Assembly: GCA_963809485.1 (NCBI GenBank)
Contig: CAWEJX010000007.1
Location: 512,001 to 576,000 of the forward strand
DNA from: an uncultured Acidobacteriota bacterium
GTDB taxonomy: Bacteria > Acidobacteriota > UBA6911
DNA length: 64,000 bases
Reading direction: 5' to 3'
Shown: piece after piece, positions 29,094 through 38,985 of the stretch
Numbering within the stretch: the first letter of the stretch is position 1
Layout: every line of letters starts with the position of its first letter
Program-made: the position numbers and the translations under genes
The notes under the pieces: generated by a model
Seen by the model: the letters and a program-made list of their open reading frames with translations, nothing else
What the model was told of the DNA's origin: nothing
The model's database searches: none

Positions 29094-30167
29094 TCACAGT
29101 GCTCCCCGTTGTGCTTTAAGCTTTGCCCGCACGTCTTTGGATGAGGCGGATTGCAGATATGCGAGCGTGCAAGGCGGCAGGTATTCCAGGACGGGCGTCA
29201 GGTTGTCTTCGCTGAGAGCCCGGCGGATTTTGGTCGCGCTTATGAAATTGGGTTTGCCGTCCGCGCCGGTTCCCTGCGACTTCCGCTCGATCTCGATGAT
29301 TTCCACCCCGCAAGGAGTCAATATCTTCTTCATGGCGGCGTTGTAGGCCTGGGTTGTCGGCGAGTAGGGTTCTGTGCCCACGTAACGCCGCGTGATCCCC
29401 AGTGCCGGGACAATATGCAGGGCGAATATCTCAATATCCAGCTCGGCCTGTTTTTGAGTCACCAGATCCGGTTCTTCATTTTCCAAAAAGTACCTGGGGA
29501 ATGTGGCGCCTGTGATCACATAGGGACCTCCTTTGAGCATCACGACTTTGTCCAGATGTCGGGTGCCCTCCTCGATCAGTTTCCAGCGGTCCTTAAATGG
29601 AAACACGGACCGGTCTTCCTCGACGACAAAGAGGTAAACAACCGTACTCTGCGAGGCGGCGGTTTCAATCAGGTATTTGTGCCCATTGGAGAAGGGATTG
29701 CAGTTCACCACAATGGCGGAAATCGGGTGCGCGGCGCGGCCCACCTTCCGTGAGAAAAGGTAATCCTGATAGTCCTGGATCGATCGATAGCCAAACTCCA
29801 ATAGCGTAAAGAGAGGTTCAGCGGTGGCCACCTTGTTGAAGCCGAGCCGCTCGAACTTGTCGGCATTGCCTGGCCGTGTGAAAGCAAAAATCTGCGGATG
29901 CTTTTTGATCAGGATACGGATGAGATGTGTCACAATCGTGGAGAACGCATTGGTCGCGCGATGCGCGGGCGCCACTACGACATATTTTATGACCTGTCCC
30001 TGGCAGGATCCGGTGCCGGCAATCCTGCCCTTCGCATCGTGAAGGACCATCGTGTAATCGACGGTCCGCGGGTCGAAATGAAACCCGAGAGGCGTCAGGA
30101 ATGCATGGATCTGCTTCAGCGCATACGGATTGCGGAGATTCAGAATCTTTTCCTGGAAGGCTGGCAT
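29094..30167 (-). CDS. citC: [citrate (pro-3S)-lyase] ligase
   Basis: VNCNPFSNGHKYL, FVVEED, ATFPRYF, RYVGTEP, ISATKIR. Confidence 0.92.
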   Translation of the reverse strand: MPAFQEKILNLRNPYALKQIHAFLTPLGFHFDPRTVDYTMVLHDAKGRIAGTGSCQGQVIKYVVVAPAHRATNAFSTIVTHLIRILIKKHPQIFAFTRPGNADKFERLGFNKVATAEPLFTLLEFGYRSIQDYQDYLFSRKVGRAAHPISAIVVNCNPFSNGHKYLIETAASQSTVVYLFVVEEDRSVFPFKDRWKLIEEGTRHLDKVVMLKGGPYVITGATFPRYFLENEEPDLVTQKQAELDIEIFALHIVPALGITRRYVGTEPYSPTTQAYNAAMKKILTPCGVEIIEIERKSQGTGADGKPNFISATKIRRALSEDNLTPVLEYLPPCTLAYLQSASSKDVRAKLKAQRGAL

Positions 30168-30172
30168 TCTGT

Positions 30173-31627
30173 CTAGTCCGTTTGTACCGGCTCCGAAGGA
30201 GATGAAAAAGCGCGCTCGACAAAATATGTAAAAAGCGTTACGGCAAGCAGGTCCGCAGATCCCCCCGGAGAAATGTATTCCTGCCGACAATAGGTCCGCA
30301 GCCGCGCATACCTCTCCGCTTCATCCTTTCCATCCCCGGCATCAAGGACGTATTGCGCCATGCGCTGGACTGTTTTCAGCGTCTCCATATCCTTGCGATA
30401 GAGGATGTTTGTATCGTTGGCCACGGTCATAAGCCGCAGCAGCGTCCGGATCAGGCCCCTGTTTATCTGTGCTGTGCTCGACTCCGCACCGTTCGCAAGC
30501 GCAGATTTCAATTCCGGCAGCCCGTGTTCAAACACCGACTGCATTCCGCTTTCCGCTTCTCTGCGGATTCCCGCACCATCCAATCCGTATCGCTGGAAAC
30601 AGGTCTGTCCATGCGTCCGGCCATTGCCCGTCGCCGTTGCCAGTTCGTTCTGCACGAGATTGGCGCAGACTGCGGCGATCACCTCCCGACAGCGCGCCCC
30701 ATCAAATCTGCGATCGCGGGCGATTACATAGCCGGAAGAAAACAGAGCGAGCCCGATCAGAAAGATGAGCCCCTTCTGGGTGTTTACGCCGTCAGTAGCC
30801 GAAAACATGGAAGCTTCCATTTTCAGTCCGACCGTGCGAACCAGCGGCAGAGCTTCGCGGAGATCGTCCCTTTGATACGCGTAGCCTGCCAGCGCCAGTT
30901 CTTCAAAATACCCGGCGAGGACGGATGTGGAGGAGAGGAAAGTAAAATAGTTCATGTCGCGGTGCGAACCGGTCTCGAAGCGCCCGACCAAACCCGGCTT
31001 CGGTGATACGGAGATCTCGTACAGGATTGCTTTCAAGGCAAGCGCGGCGAGATGCCTGCAGGTCTGCCGCTTAGCCTTATCTGCCAGATAGCCGCGAATT
31101 CCACGAACAAGGCTCTCCTGCAATTCTTCATAGCTGTGCGTCGCTTCCCGCATACAGACGATAGCCGGTTGTTTACACAACAGGCACCGCTTCAGCTTGC
31201 CTGAGGAGAGCGGCCGGCATTGCGGATCTGCAAGGTCGATGTCAATAATCCGCCCTAAGGGATGACACTCTTCGAAGGCTTCGGCTAAGGTTTTTATGTC
31301 GGCGAGCCGGCGCCCGTTCGGCAACGGTGCGAGATAGAAATTTCCGGCTTCGTCGACATTCTTTATTTCATGGGCTCTATCTATTGCGATTCCGTGAGCC
31401 TGCAGAAAACCCATGCATTCCGAAAGAACATCGTCGAAAAACGCGGAAATCAGAGGCATGCTTTTCGGATATCCCGGTATGTTGAGGGAAAGGCTGAGCG
31501 AATTTCTTATGGATCGGGAGCACTGCTGCCTCAGGAGTGCTCGTTTCTCCCTCGCGATCAGGATCTTGTTTCGTATTTCATCAACGTTCATAACGGATCC
31601 GGCCGGGCGTTCTGATAGAGATGCCAC
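30173..31627 (-). CDS. citXG: fused CitX-CitG (holo-ACP synthase plus triphosphoribosyl-dephospho-CoA synthase)
   Basis: N-part: LNIPGYPK, LGRIIDID, RCLLC...C (CitX); C-part: PKPGLV, GVNTQKG, SPGGSADLL (CitG); start may be 31591. Confidence 0.88.
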   Translation of the reverse strand: MASLSERPAGSVMNVDEIRNKILIAREKRALLRQQCSRSIRNSLSLSLNIPGYPKSMPLISAFFDDVLSECMGFLQAHGIAIDRAHEIKNVDEAGNFYLAPLPNGRRLADIKTLAEAFEECHPLGRIIDIDLADPQCRPLSSGKLKRCLLCKQPAIVCMREATHSYEELQESLVRGIRGYLADKAKRQTCRHLAALALKAILYEISVSPKPGLVGRFETGSHRDMNYFTFLSSTSVLAGYFEELALAGYAYQRDDLREALPLVRTVGLKMEASMFSATDGVNTQKGLIFLIGLALFSSGYVIARDRRFDGARCREVIAAVCANLVQNELATATGNGRTHGQTCFQRYGLDGAGIRREAESGMQSVFEHGLPELKSALANGAESSTAQINRGLIRTLLRLMTVANDTNILYRKDMETLKTVQRMAQYVLDAGDGKDEAERYARLRTYCRQEYISPGGSADLLAVTLFTYFVERAFSSPSEPVQTD

Positions 31628-31784
31628 TTCAGGACATTCCTGCCTTTGGGAGCATGCCTCACAAGATTATGGGAATACGCGACTCCTCGACCCCTCTTCA
31701 TCACAGAATTCCTGCTGCTGCGGCCAATCCCGGAATGCAGGTTCACTTTGCAGGTCACAAGCGCAATCGCATAAGGCTGTTTTG

Positions 31785-33347
31785 CTAGTGCTTGATTTCA
31801 TGTATTACGTCAATGGTTGTTCCGTCGCGGTATTCTATGACAGCTACGATGCGGTCGTTGTAGCTGATAGCATCCGGCACCCCGACAATGGCGTCCACCT
31901 CATCGTGAAGATCCTGTATCCTTCGGGTGGGCAGCCCGGCTGTTCTCAGACGATCTTCGAGATGAGGGTGAATGGGGTTGACACAAATGCCACGTTCCGT
32001 CACGACCACATCCACCGATTCCCCCGGTGTGACGACGTGCTGAACCTTGCGCTTGATGGAGGGAATCCGGCTGCGGAACGACGGGCACACAACGACAGCC
32101 AGCTTCGTGCCGGCCGCCGTATCGCAATGCCCGCCGGAAGCGCCCATGATGGTTCCCTCCGAGGACGTGATCACATTCACATTAAAATTCACATCAACTT
32201 CCAGCGCTCCCAACACTACGATATCCAGTTTGTTGACCATGCTTCCGCAGTTGAAAGGATTCGCGTACATGTCCGACGATATCTCGATGTGATTGCGATC
32301 GCTGAACAAGGATGAACTGACAGCCGCATCAAAGGACTGGACGTCGAAAACGCTCTGAAACAACCCATGCTGCATAAGCTCGACCACGTAGGAGGTTACA
32401 CCACCCAGAAGAAAGCTGCCTTTGATGCCGCGCTTTTTCATGATCTCATTGACATACTTCGCGGTCGCCAGCGAAGCTCCTCCCGCGCCGACCTGGAAGG
32501 AAAAGCCGTTGGCCATGAATTCGGAATGCTCGATGACTTGGGCGGCCAGTCGGGCTATGCGCAAATCCAGAGGCGCTTTCGTGATGCGCGTCGTTCCCGA
32601 CGCGATTTCGCCCACGTCTCCCAGTTGATCGACCTTCACGACATAGTCAACATCCGTCTGTTCAATGGAAATGGGAATGCAGGGATAGGGAACGATATTG
32701 TCCGTTACCACGATCACCTGTTTGGCATACCGGGCATCCATGATGGCGTAACCCATCGAGCCGAATGCCGACGGGCCGCAGCATCCGGTCGCATTTCCCT
32801 CCTCGTCGGCGGCCGAGGCGGCCAGAACCGCCAGATCGATACTCAATTCGCCGGTGTGAATCGCGCGGGCGCGTCCGCCGTGGGAGTGAATCACGGCACG
32901 GTAGGCGAGCTTACCGGCGGAAACCGCCTTGCCCAGTTCGCCGCGCATGCCGGAGGTCCATATTTCGGTGATGGTTCCGTTCTCCAGATAGGGTATCAAA
33001 TGCGCATGGACGGCCGACAGCGAGGAGGCAGCAAGGGTGATATTCTGGATCCCCAGTTCAGCCAGGATGTCCATCGTCCGGTTGACGAGCGCGTCGCCGT
33101 TGCGCAGATGATGGTGAAAGGAAACGGTCATTCCGTCGCGAGGATTTGCTTTCTCGATGGCGGTCCTTAAATCCTTCTCCATTTTGCTGGCATGGGGCAT
33201 CTTGGCTTTCGTCGGCAGCGAAACGGTCGGTTCATCCATCCACCCCTTCCGGAGCCTCGTCCATGCTCCCTCGAAAGGCTTCAGTTTTCCACGGCCTTTC
33301 TTTTTTTCTATGAACTCCGGAATTTCCGTTCCAATGCTTGTTTTCAC
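31785..33347 (-). CDS. citF: citrate lyase alpha subunit (ACP transferase)
   Basis: SFHHHLRNGD, HSHGGRARA, GASGGHCDTA, EYRDGT. Confidence 0.93.
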   Translation of the reverse strand: MKTSIGTEIPEFIEKKKGRGKLKPFEGAWTRLRKGWMDEPTVSLPTKAKMPHASKMEKDLRTAIEKANPRDGMTVSFHHHLRNGDALVNRTMDILAELGIQNITLAASSLSAVHAHLIPYLENGTITEIWTSGMRGELGKAVSAGKLAYRAVIHSHGGRARAIHTGELSIDLAVLAASAADEEGNATGCCGPSAFGSMGYAIMDARYAKQVIVVTDNIVPYPCIPISIEQTDVDYVVKVDQLGDVGEIASGTTRITKAPLDLRIARLAAQVIEHSEFMANGFSFQVGAGGASLATAKYVNEIMKKRGIKGSFLLGGVTSYVVELMQHGLFQSVFDVQSFDAAVSSSLFSDRNHIEISSDMYANPFNCGSMVNKLDIVVLGALEVDVNFNVNVITSSEGTIMGASGGHCDTAAGTKLAVVVCPSFRSRIPSIKRKVQHVVTPGESVDVVVTERGICVNPIHPHLEDRLRTAGLPTRRIQDLHDEVDAIVGVPDAISYNDRIVAVIEYRDGTTIDVIHEIKH

Positions 33348-33359
33348 GGCTGCCTCTCC

Positions 33360-34247
33360 TCACAGAGTATCCGGTTCGATGTCCGCCAGGTTCAGGATAC
33401 GCAGCGCCCGCGCAACCACCGGCGCATCCACCATTTTCCCCTGGAGCGCGAATACCCCTACGCCCGCGGCGTTATGTCGTTTATAGGCCGAGACAATGTC
33501 GATCGCATCCGCAATTTCGCTCTCGTTTGGCGAAAACACCTCATTGATGATGTCGATCTGACGAGGATTGATGGCGGCTTTTCCGGTAAAGCCGAGATGT
33601 CTGGCACGCCGGGCGGATGCGCGCAGACCATCCTCGTCGTCAATATCCACAAATACCGTGTCCATCACATCGATATGCGCCGCCTTCGCCGCCATGACGA
33701 TCCGCTGACTGGCGTATTCGAGGCTGCTGATGCTGTTTTCCAGAGTAATGCCCATGTCGGCTGCCAGATCCTGGCCGCCGATGGCAACGGCGGTGACCCT
33801 GGGAGAGGAATGGGCAATTTCCAGGGCATTTTCCACCCCGACGGCGGTTTCAATCATGGCTTCGACGGTCAGCCTGTCGTGAGGCAGATGATGCTCGTCC
33901 TCGATTTTTTCGATCAGCCGGATGACGTGCAAGACTTCAGCGGCCGATTCGATTTTTGGCAGCCGCAACCCGTCGGGCTGAATCGGCACGATCTCCCGGA
34001 GATCATCGTATCCGAAGGGAGTGTCCTGATGATTGATTCGCACGACAACTTCCGCACCGTAAAAGTCCACGGCCGGGATGGCATGTTTCAGCAAAATCCT
34101 CGCTGCGTCTTTTTCTGCGGGAGAGATGGAATCCTCAAGATCCAGCAGGACGCAATCCGCCCCGAACACTCCGCCTTGCTGGATCATGGCCGCATTGTTG
34201 CCCGGGATATACAGCATGCTCCGCCGTTTTTTGGTGTGCCTCAGCAT
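33360..34247 (-). CDS. citE: citrate lyase beta subunit (citryl-ACP lyase)
   Basis: RRSMLYIPGN, LDLEDSI, VRIN, GKAAINPRQI, GKMVDAPV. Confidence 0.92.
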   Translation of the reverse strand: MLRHTKKRRSMLYIPGNNAAMIQQGGVFGADCVLLDLEDSISPAEKDAARILLKHAIPAVDFYGAEVVVRINHQDTPFGYDDLREIVPIQPDGLRLPKIESAAEVLHVIRLIEKIEDEHHLPHDRLTVEAMIETAVGVENALEIAHSSPRVTAVAIGGQDLAADMGITLENSISSLEYASQRIVMAAKAAHIDVMDTVFVDIDDEDGLRASARRARHLGFTGKAAINPRQIDIINEVFSPNESEIADAIDIVSAYKRHNAAGVGVFALQGKMVDAPVVARALRILNLADIEPDTL

Positions 34248-34257
34248 AGCGCGCCTC

Positions 34258-34533
34258 TCATGCGGCCCGGATCGATCGGCGAACAGCCGTTTCAACGCGA
34301 GCCTGCAGGGTGGCATCCAGGGCGCCTTTATCTTTGACCAGAATCCGCACATCCGAAACGGATAGCTTTTCCAGGGTCAGTATCACCTGCTGCCGGATGC
34401 GCCGGCCGTATTGCATCATCACATTCGATTCCAGTTCGATCTGTCTGCCCGAGCCGGTGGCGACAGGTTCAACCATAACGAGTGCATCGCTGGATTCAAG
34501 CGTGCCGGACTGGGCTGGTACTTTTGGCTGCAT
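34258..34533 (-). CDS. citD: citrate lyase acyl carrier protein (gamma subunit)
   Basis: GTLESSD attachment-site serine; DKGALD. Confidence 0.93.
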   Translation of the reverse strand: MQPKVPAQSGTLESSDALVMVEPVATGSGRQIELESNVMMQYGRRIRQQVILTLEKLSVSDVRILVKDKGALDATLQARVETAVRRSIRAA

Positions 34534-34552
34534 AGCCTTTTCTCCTCCCCGC

Positions 34553-34858
34553 CTAAAACAGCAATATTACCCCGTCCGGATCGGGCGAAGCAATGCGTCC
34601 CGTAGGGTTTCCTCTGGCGGGGCAGCCGGGGGCAAACAGAACTATACGAAATTTGAATCTGCTCTTGAGCCGTTCGTGTCTTTTACGGCAGTCAGACCTT
34701 TCCCGGTGTTTGCCCGAAAGCCGATTTTTCAAGCATCGACGAAGGCGGCGGACCTCTTCCCGAAGCTTTTTTTCCCGCGAGCGGATCGAGAAGAGATAGA
34801 CCGCCAGCAGGATCCAGATGGCCATGTATGCGGCAAACAGAAAATGCATGGTATCCAT
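34553..34858 (-). CDS. ccmD: CcmD-family small heme exporter protein (C-terminus probably frameshifted; true stop likely at 34692)
   Basis: FLFAAYMAIWILLAVYL TM followed by charged coiled tail; directly after ccmC. Confidence 0.7.
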   Translation of the reverse strand: MDTMHFLFAAYMAIWILLAVYLFSIRSREKKLREEVRRLRRCLKNRLSGKHRERSDCRKRHERLKSRFKFRIVLFAPGCPARGNPTGRIASPDPDGVILLF

Positions 34859-34870
34859 AGCGATTCCTTT

Positions 34871-35560
34871 TCAGCGTAAAACATCCGACTGGCGCTCCAG
34901 CCGTTCGACCTCGGTCCGCATCGATTCCAGGTAAAACCGCCGGCGGAGAAGGTAGATCAGAAGGATCTGAAAGGCAGCCACGCACACCCAAAAAGCGGGG
35001 CGCATCGATGGCGACAATCCGCCGGTTTCCAGCATCGGCGACGGATGAATGTCGCGCCACCAGCGGATCGAAAACCAAACCAGGGGCGCGTCCACAAAAG
35101 CAATAATTCCGAAAACCGACGAAACCAGGGCTTTGCGCTCCGGATCCTCGATGTAATTGCGAATCAGCAGGTATGCCATATACAGCAGGCACAAGATGAG
35201 CGACGAAGTCAGGCGCGGCGACCAGGTCCACCAGATGAACCAGACGGGCTTGGCCCAGATCGGGCCGGTTACGAGCACGATGCCCAGAAACAAAACTCCT
35301 ACCTCTGCCGCCGACAGGGCCAGGTTGTCCCACCAGCGGTTTTTTCGGATCAGATACATCAGCGAAGCCGCGAAATTGACCGCGAACGCTGTGAGGCCGT
35401 TGATCGCCGAGGGAACGTGAAAGTAAAAGATCCGCTGGAGGTCTCCCATGGTCCTCTCCCGCGGCGCCCCGATCAGAGCCATGTAGAGCGCGAAGGCCAT
35501 GCTGAGGAAAAGGGCGACCTCCAGAGCGGTGTCCAGGCGGGACTGAAGCCTTTCACTCAT
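34871..35560 (-). CDS. ccmC: heme exporter protein C
   Basis: RIFYFHVP, GPIWAKPVWFIWWTWSPRLT (WWD domain), WWRDIHP. Confidence 0.93.
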   Translation of the reverse strand: MSERLQSRLDTALEVALFLSMAFALYMALIGAPRERTMGDLQRIFYFHVPSAINGLTAFAVNFAASLMYLIRKNRWWDNLALSAAEVGVLFLGIVLVTGPIWAKPVWFIWWTWSPRLTSSLILCLLYMAYLLIRNYIEDPERKALVSSVFGIIAFVDAPLVWFSIRWWRDIHPSPMLETGGLSPSMRPAFWVCVAAFQILLIYLLRRRFYLESMRTEVERLERQSDVLR

Positions 35561-35562
35561 CG

Positions 35563-36231
35563 CTAGTCCTCCAGTACGTACTCAAACAGCAGATAGGATA
35601 TCGTTCCGAACACGAGGGTGAACACCGACATTATGGTGAGCGGAAGCTTCAATTGCCCGTAATCCGCGGAATTCAGAATGATGCTGGTCGCTTCCGCGGC
35701 GTTGATCAATACCGGCAGTATGACCGGGAACAATATCAGCGGCAGCAGAACTTCCCTCATTTTGGTGTTGACGGTGACCGCGGACAGCAGGGTTCCCACC
35801 GCTGTAAAGCCGAGAGTCCCGACCGCGAACACGAGGATGAGGTAAGGAATCTCCGGCCATACGGTGAGGTTGAAAAATACCAGGCTGAAGATGAAGATCA
35901 CAAGCTCGGCGATCAGCATGAAAACGGTGGCTGCGAGCATTTTGCCGAGATAAATGACTCCGCGGTCGACGGGGACCATCAGCAGGCCCTGAAGGCAGCT
36001 GTTTTCCTTTTCCGCGGCGAAAACGCGGTTGAGGCCGAGTGTGCCTGAAAAGGCGAAGGCTACCCAAAGGATGCCGGGCGCCGCCGAGCGCATGGAGTCG
36101 TGCAACGATCCCAGGGCGAAGTTGAAGATTACTAGGACGACCACGCCGAAAAACAGCATGGAGTTGAGCGAGTCTTTTGTCCTGAACTCGATCCGCATGT
36201 CCTTCCGGAATATCGCCCAGATTTTCTTCAT
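35563..36231 (-). CDS. ccmB: heme exporter protein B
   Basis: KDMRIEFR, PGILWV, EVLLPLILFP; six-TM pattern. Confidence 0.92.
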   Translation of the reverse strand: MKKIWAIFRKDMRIEFRTKDSLNSMLFFGVVVLVIFNFALGSLHDSMRSAAPGILWVAFAFSGTLGLNRVFAAEKENSCLQGLLMVPVDRGVIYLGKMLAATVFMLIAELVIFIFSLVFFNLTVWPEIPYLILVFAVGTLGFTAVGTLLSAVTVNTKMREVLLPLILFPVILPVLINAAEATSIILNSADYGQLKLPLTIMSVFTLVFGTISYLLFEYVLED

Positions 36232-36950
36232 GATGCTTCAGGCATTCTCCCCGTATCACCGCCCGCCGAAATAAGCGAAAGAGCTTCCTGGAATTCTGAA
36301 AAACTCACATCCGGTCTGGCAACGTCCAGGGCTGCAACGCCCTTCTCGATGGCCACAAGCCGGTCTGCCAGCTCATAACCCAGCTGCGCGTCGTGAATCG
36401 CCATAATGCAGGTTTTGCCCTGGGCATGAGCACTGTGCAGGTAGCCCCTCAGAAAGCTCGAACCGGCCTGATCCAGGCCGGTGAAGGGCTCGTCGAGAAG
36501 AAGAATGGAGGGATTGTGCAGAAAAGCCCTGGCGATAGCCAGACGCTGCTGCATGCCCCTCGAATAGTTCCGCACGGGATCCCTCTCGCGTCCGGCTAAT
36601 CCGACCTGACCGATTTTCCTCTCCAGGGTCCCGGTATCCGCGGGCACTCCCATAAGCTGCGCGTAGAAACGCAGGTTTTCAAGGGCCGTCAGATCGAGGT
36701 AGAGGGAAGTGTTGTGCGAAAGGTAGCCGATGGCGCTGCGCGCAGGCCCGGAGCCGTCCGGCTGAATCCTGAAGCTGCCGGAAGAAGGCCGGGACAATCC
36801 GGCGAGGATTCTCAGGAAAGTGGTCTTTCCCGCGCCGTTTCTTCCGAACAGTGCGACGAATTCACCGGCGCCCACGGTCAGGTTGAGGCCGCGCAGGGCG
36901 GAAAACCTGCCAAAATGTTTAGCCAGTCCGCGGACTTCGATCATATTCAT
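36228..36950 (-). CDS. ccmA: heme ABC exporter ATP-binding protein
   Basis: GRNGAGKT, YSRGMQQR, LLDEPF; upstream of ccmB. Confidence 0.9.
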   Translation of the reverse strand: MNMIEVRGLAKHFGRFSALRGLNLTVGAGEFVALFGRNGAGKTTFLRILAGLSRPSSGSFRIQPDGSGPARSAIGYLSHNTSLYLDLTALENLRFYAQLMGVPADTGTLERKIGQVGLAGRERDPVRNYSRGMQQRLAIARAFLHNPSILLLDEPFTGLDQAGSSFLRGYLHSAHAQGKTCIMAIHDAQLGYELADRLVAIEKGVAALDVARPDVSFSEFQEALSLISAGGDTGRMPEAS

Positions 36951-36982
36951 AAAGAGCCGAGGGGCCGCCGCCGGCGCCCGGG

Positions 36983-38182
36983 TCACCGTTTTTTGGTCAG
37001 CAGGGTAATGCGGCGCAGCCGGCGCTTGAGTTCTTCACGCTGCCTCAGGTACTCCGGACGGCCCAGGGCTTTGGATTCATACGTTTGATCCAGGGCGGCA
37101 ATCTGGCCCAGCAGTTCTTCCCGCCGCTCCCTTACTTGACGCGCGCGGGCATCCCCGGATTTGGGCGGCCCGGCTTTGGCGCGGTTGAAGCCATACCACA
37201 ACACGGTGATGAAACCCATCAGGAGCAGCGGGCCGATCACGAGGACATTCCGGCCGATAATGCCGGGTCTGGCTTCCACCGCAGATTCACCGGCCGCTTC
37301 GGAGGACGCCGCTTCCGGCGGGGCAGTACCGCCGGACAGGGTCCATGCATATTCCGATCCGGCTTTTATGGCGGCACTCCGGTAAACGGCGAAATTGCCT
37401 TGGGCGTCTTCCTGGATTTTCGACAAATCCTGTCCCGTCAAAACCATATCTTTGGGGATCGCGCCGATGTCGACGGGGCCGGCATCAAGGTAGAACTTTT
37501 TTCGATAGGTGTAGCTTCGGTTCGTGTAAGGAAGCGATTGCTGGACCTCAAAGGTGGTAACGCCGGGACGCAGGGGATACTGGCTGTAGTAGCTTTTGCC
37601 ATCGGGGCTCTCCAACGCCGCCTGGACCACGGGCATCGAGGAACCCGGCGCGGTAACCCTGATCATGGGAGTTTCCAGGATTCCCGGAGCCTTCGAGAAC
37701 CGGAAGCTCCCCTCGGGGCTCGAAAAAGTCCTGGGCGGCCTGGTTTTGTTGTTGAACGTAATCGACTCCAGCGACTTCACCTGATCGCCGGCCATCTGGA
37801 AAGCCATCCGGATTCCCTCAACCTCTATATCCTTCATCGAGGTCACAGGCTCATAGACCTCTATCTTTGCCCGGGCTCTGCCTTCTGCATCAAAACTCAC
37901 TGGAGCATAGTAATAGGCAGTCTTATAGTTTGCCCGTATCATCAGGCGCTGATCCTGAGGGAGCTCCTCGATGCGGAATTTGCCAGCGGAATCGGTTTTG
38001 GCGGATTTGAGGATGCTCATGCCCTGGCCTAATTCGACCACATCCAGTTCAACGGCGCCCGCGACGATCGATGGATCCGTCAGGTTGACCAGATTTCCTT
38101 CCACGGTCCCGCCGGCCTGCGGGTACGCCGCGGTCAGTGAGACAAGCCAGAGCCAGGCGATGGTAATGCGCATTGTTCTCAT
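36983..38182 (-). CDS. exported beta-rich protein with C-terminal TM and CcmI-like helical tail, within ccm cluster
   Basis: Signal peptide; KTDSAGKFRIEEL (carboxypeptidase-regulatory-like); TM; RREELLGQIAALD...EYLRQREELK. Confidence 0.65.
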   Translation of the reverse strand: MRTMRITIAWLWLVSLTAAYPQAGGTVEGNLVNLTDPSIVAGAVELDVVELGQGMSILKSAKTDSAGKFRIEELPQDQRLMIRANYKTAYYYAPVSFDAEGRARAKIEVYEPVTSMKDIEVEGIRMAFQMAGDQVKSLESITFNNKTRPPRTFSSPEGSFRFSKAPGILETPMIRVTAPGSSMPVVQAALESPDGKSYYSQYPLRPGVTTFEVQQSLPYTNRSYTYRKKFYLDAGPVDIGAIPKDMVLTGQDLSKIQEDAQGNFAVYRSAAIKAGSEYAWTLSGGTAPPEAASSEAAGESAVEARPGIIGRNVLVIGPLLLMGFITVLWYGFNRAKAGPPKSGDARARQVRERREELLGQIAALDQTYESKALGRPEYLRQREELKRRLRRITLLTKKR

Positions 38183-38185
38183 TTT

Positions 38186-38638
38186 CTATAACGAATGCCC
38201 GCAATCGGCACAGAACTTTTTGCCCGGAACAACCTCGGCGCCGCAGGCAGGGCATTTGAGCGAGTCCTGAACACGCCTCTTGCCGGCGGCCGGCCTCGGC
38301 GCCTTGCGCGAGGCGATGTCCTTTTCGATCAGGTCGTCAAGGTTTTCGGATGCATCCATCTGATCCAGTTTTTGAAGGATCAGCGCCGCTTCGTTTTTGT
38401 AGCCGGCGCCCAGCTGCTCAAAATCCGCATCGGACAGACGGCCCATCTTGTACTCGAGCTCCAGGTCTTTGAGATTCCTGTAGACGACCGCTTTGCGATC
38501 CAGAAGTCGGTCCAGTTCCGTCTCGGCCAGCAGTTCAATGTCCAGGGTGTCCTTCGTTTCCCTGAACAGCGGGGCCAGGATGTAAACTGCCGCCAGCACC
38601 ACAACCCCCGTGCACGCTACCCAAAGCATCTGAATCAC
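38186..38638 (-). CDS. CcmI-N-like membrane protein with C-terminal zinc ribbon
   Basis: N-terminal TM; LKDLELEYKMGRLSDADF; CPACG...FCADCG. Confidence 0.7.
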   Translation of the reverse strand: MIQMLWVACTGVVVLAAVYILAPLFRETKDTLDIELLAETELDRLLDRKAVVYRNLKDLELEYKMGRLSDADFEQLGAGYKNEAALILQKLDQMDASENLDDLIEKDIASRKAPRPAAGKRRVQDSLKCPACGAEVVPGKKFCADCGHSL

Positions 38639-38672
38639 TCCCCTGCGAACCGCCCAACCACTAACCGCTAAC

Positions 38673-38974
38673 TAGTTTATGTCGCGAAACTGTTTTGTGC
38701 CGCGTAGCGGCACTATGATTTTAGCCCGGCCTTTCAAGGCCGGGAACCATGGTACAGCGAGCAGCGCGTCGCGTAGCGACGCCTGAGATTCAGCCGTCGC
38801 TACGCGACGGAAAACTTAACTCCTTACGATCCAGGCCTTAAAAGGCCTGGCTAAATTCAGCTGGCCGCTACGCGGCCTGACTCCAATTATCGGCTTCTAT
38901 GTAATATCAAATATCCTATTGACGGTTGAAAAATTTGGCTTTTTCACAAAACCCGAGTTTCGCGACAGAAACTA
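38673..38974. mobile_element. ~300-bp MITE-like element with nested REP-like core (copy 2), within a CTAACCG heptamer tract
   Basis: TIRs TAGTTTATGTCGCGAAACT / AGTTTCGCGACAGAAACTA; homologous to 1361-1661; flanks CTAACCG repeats. Confidence 0.87.
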
Positions 38975-38985
38975 ACTACTAACCG

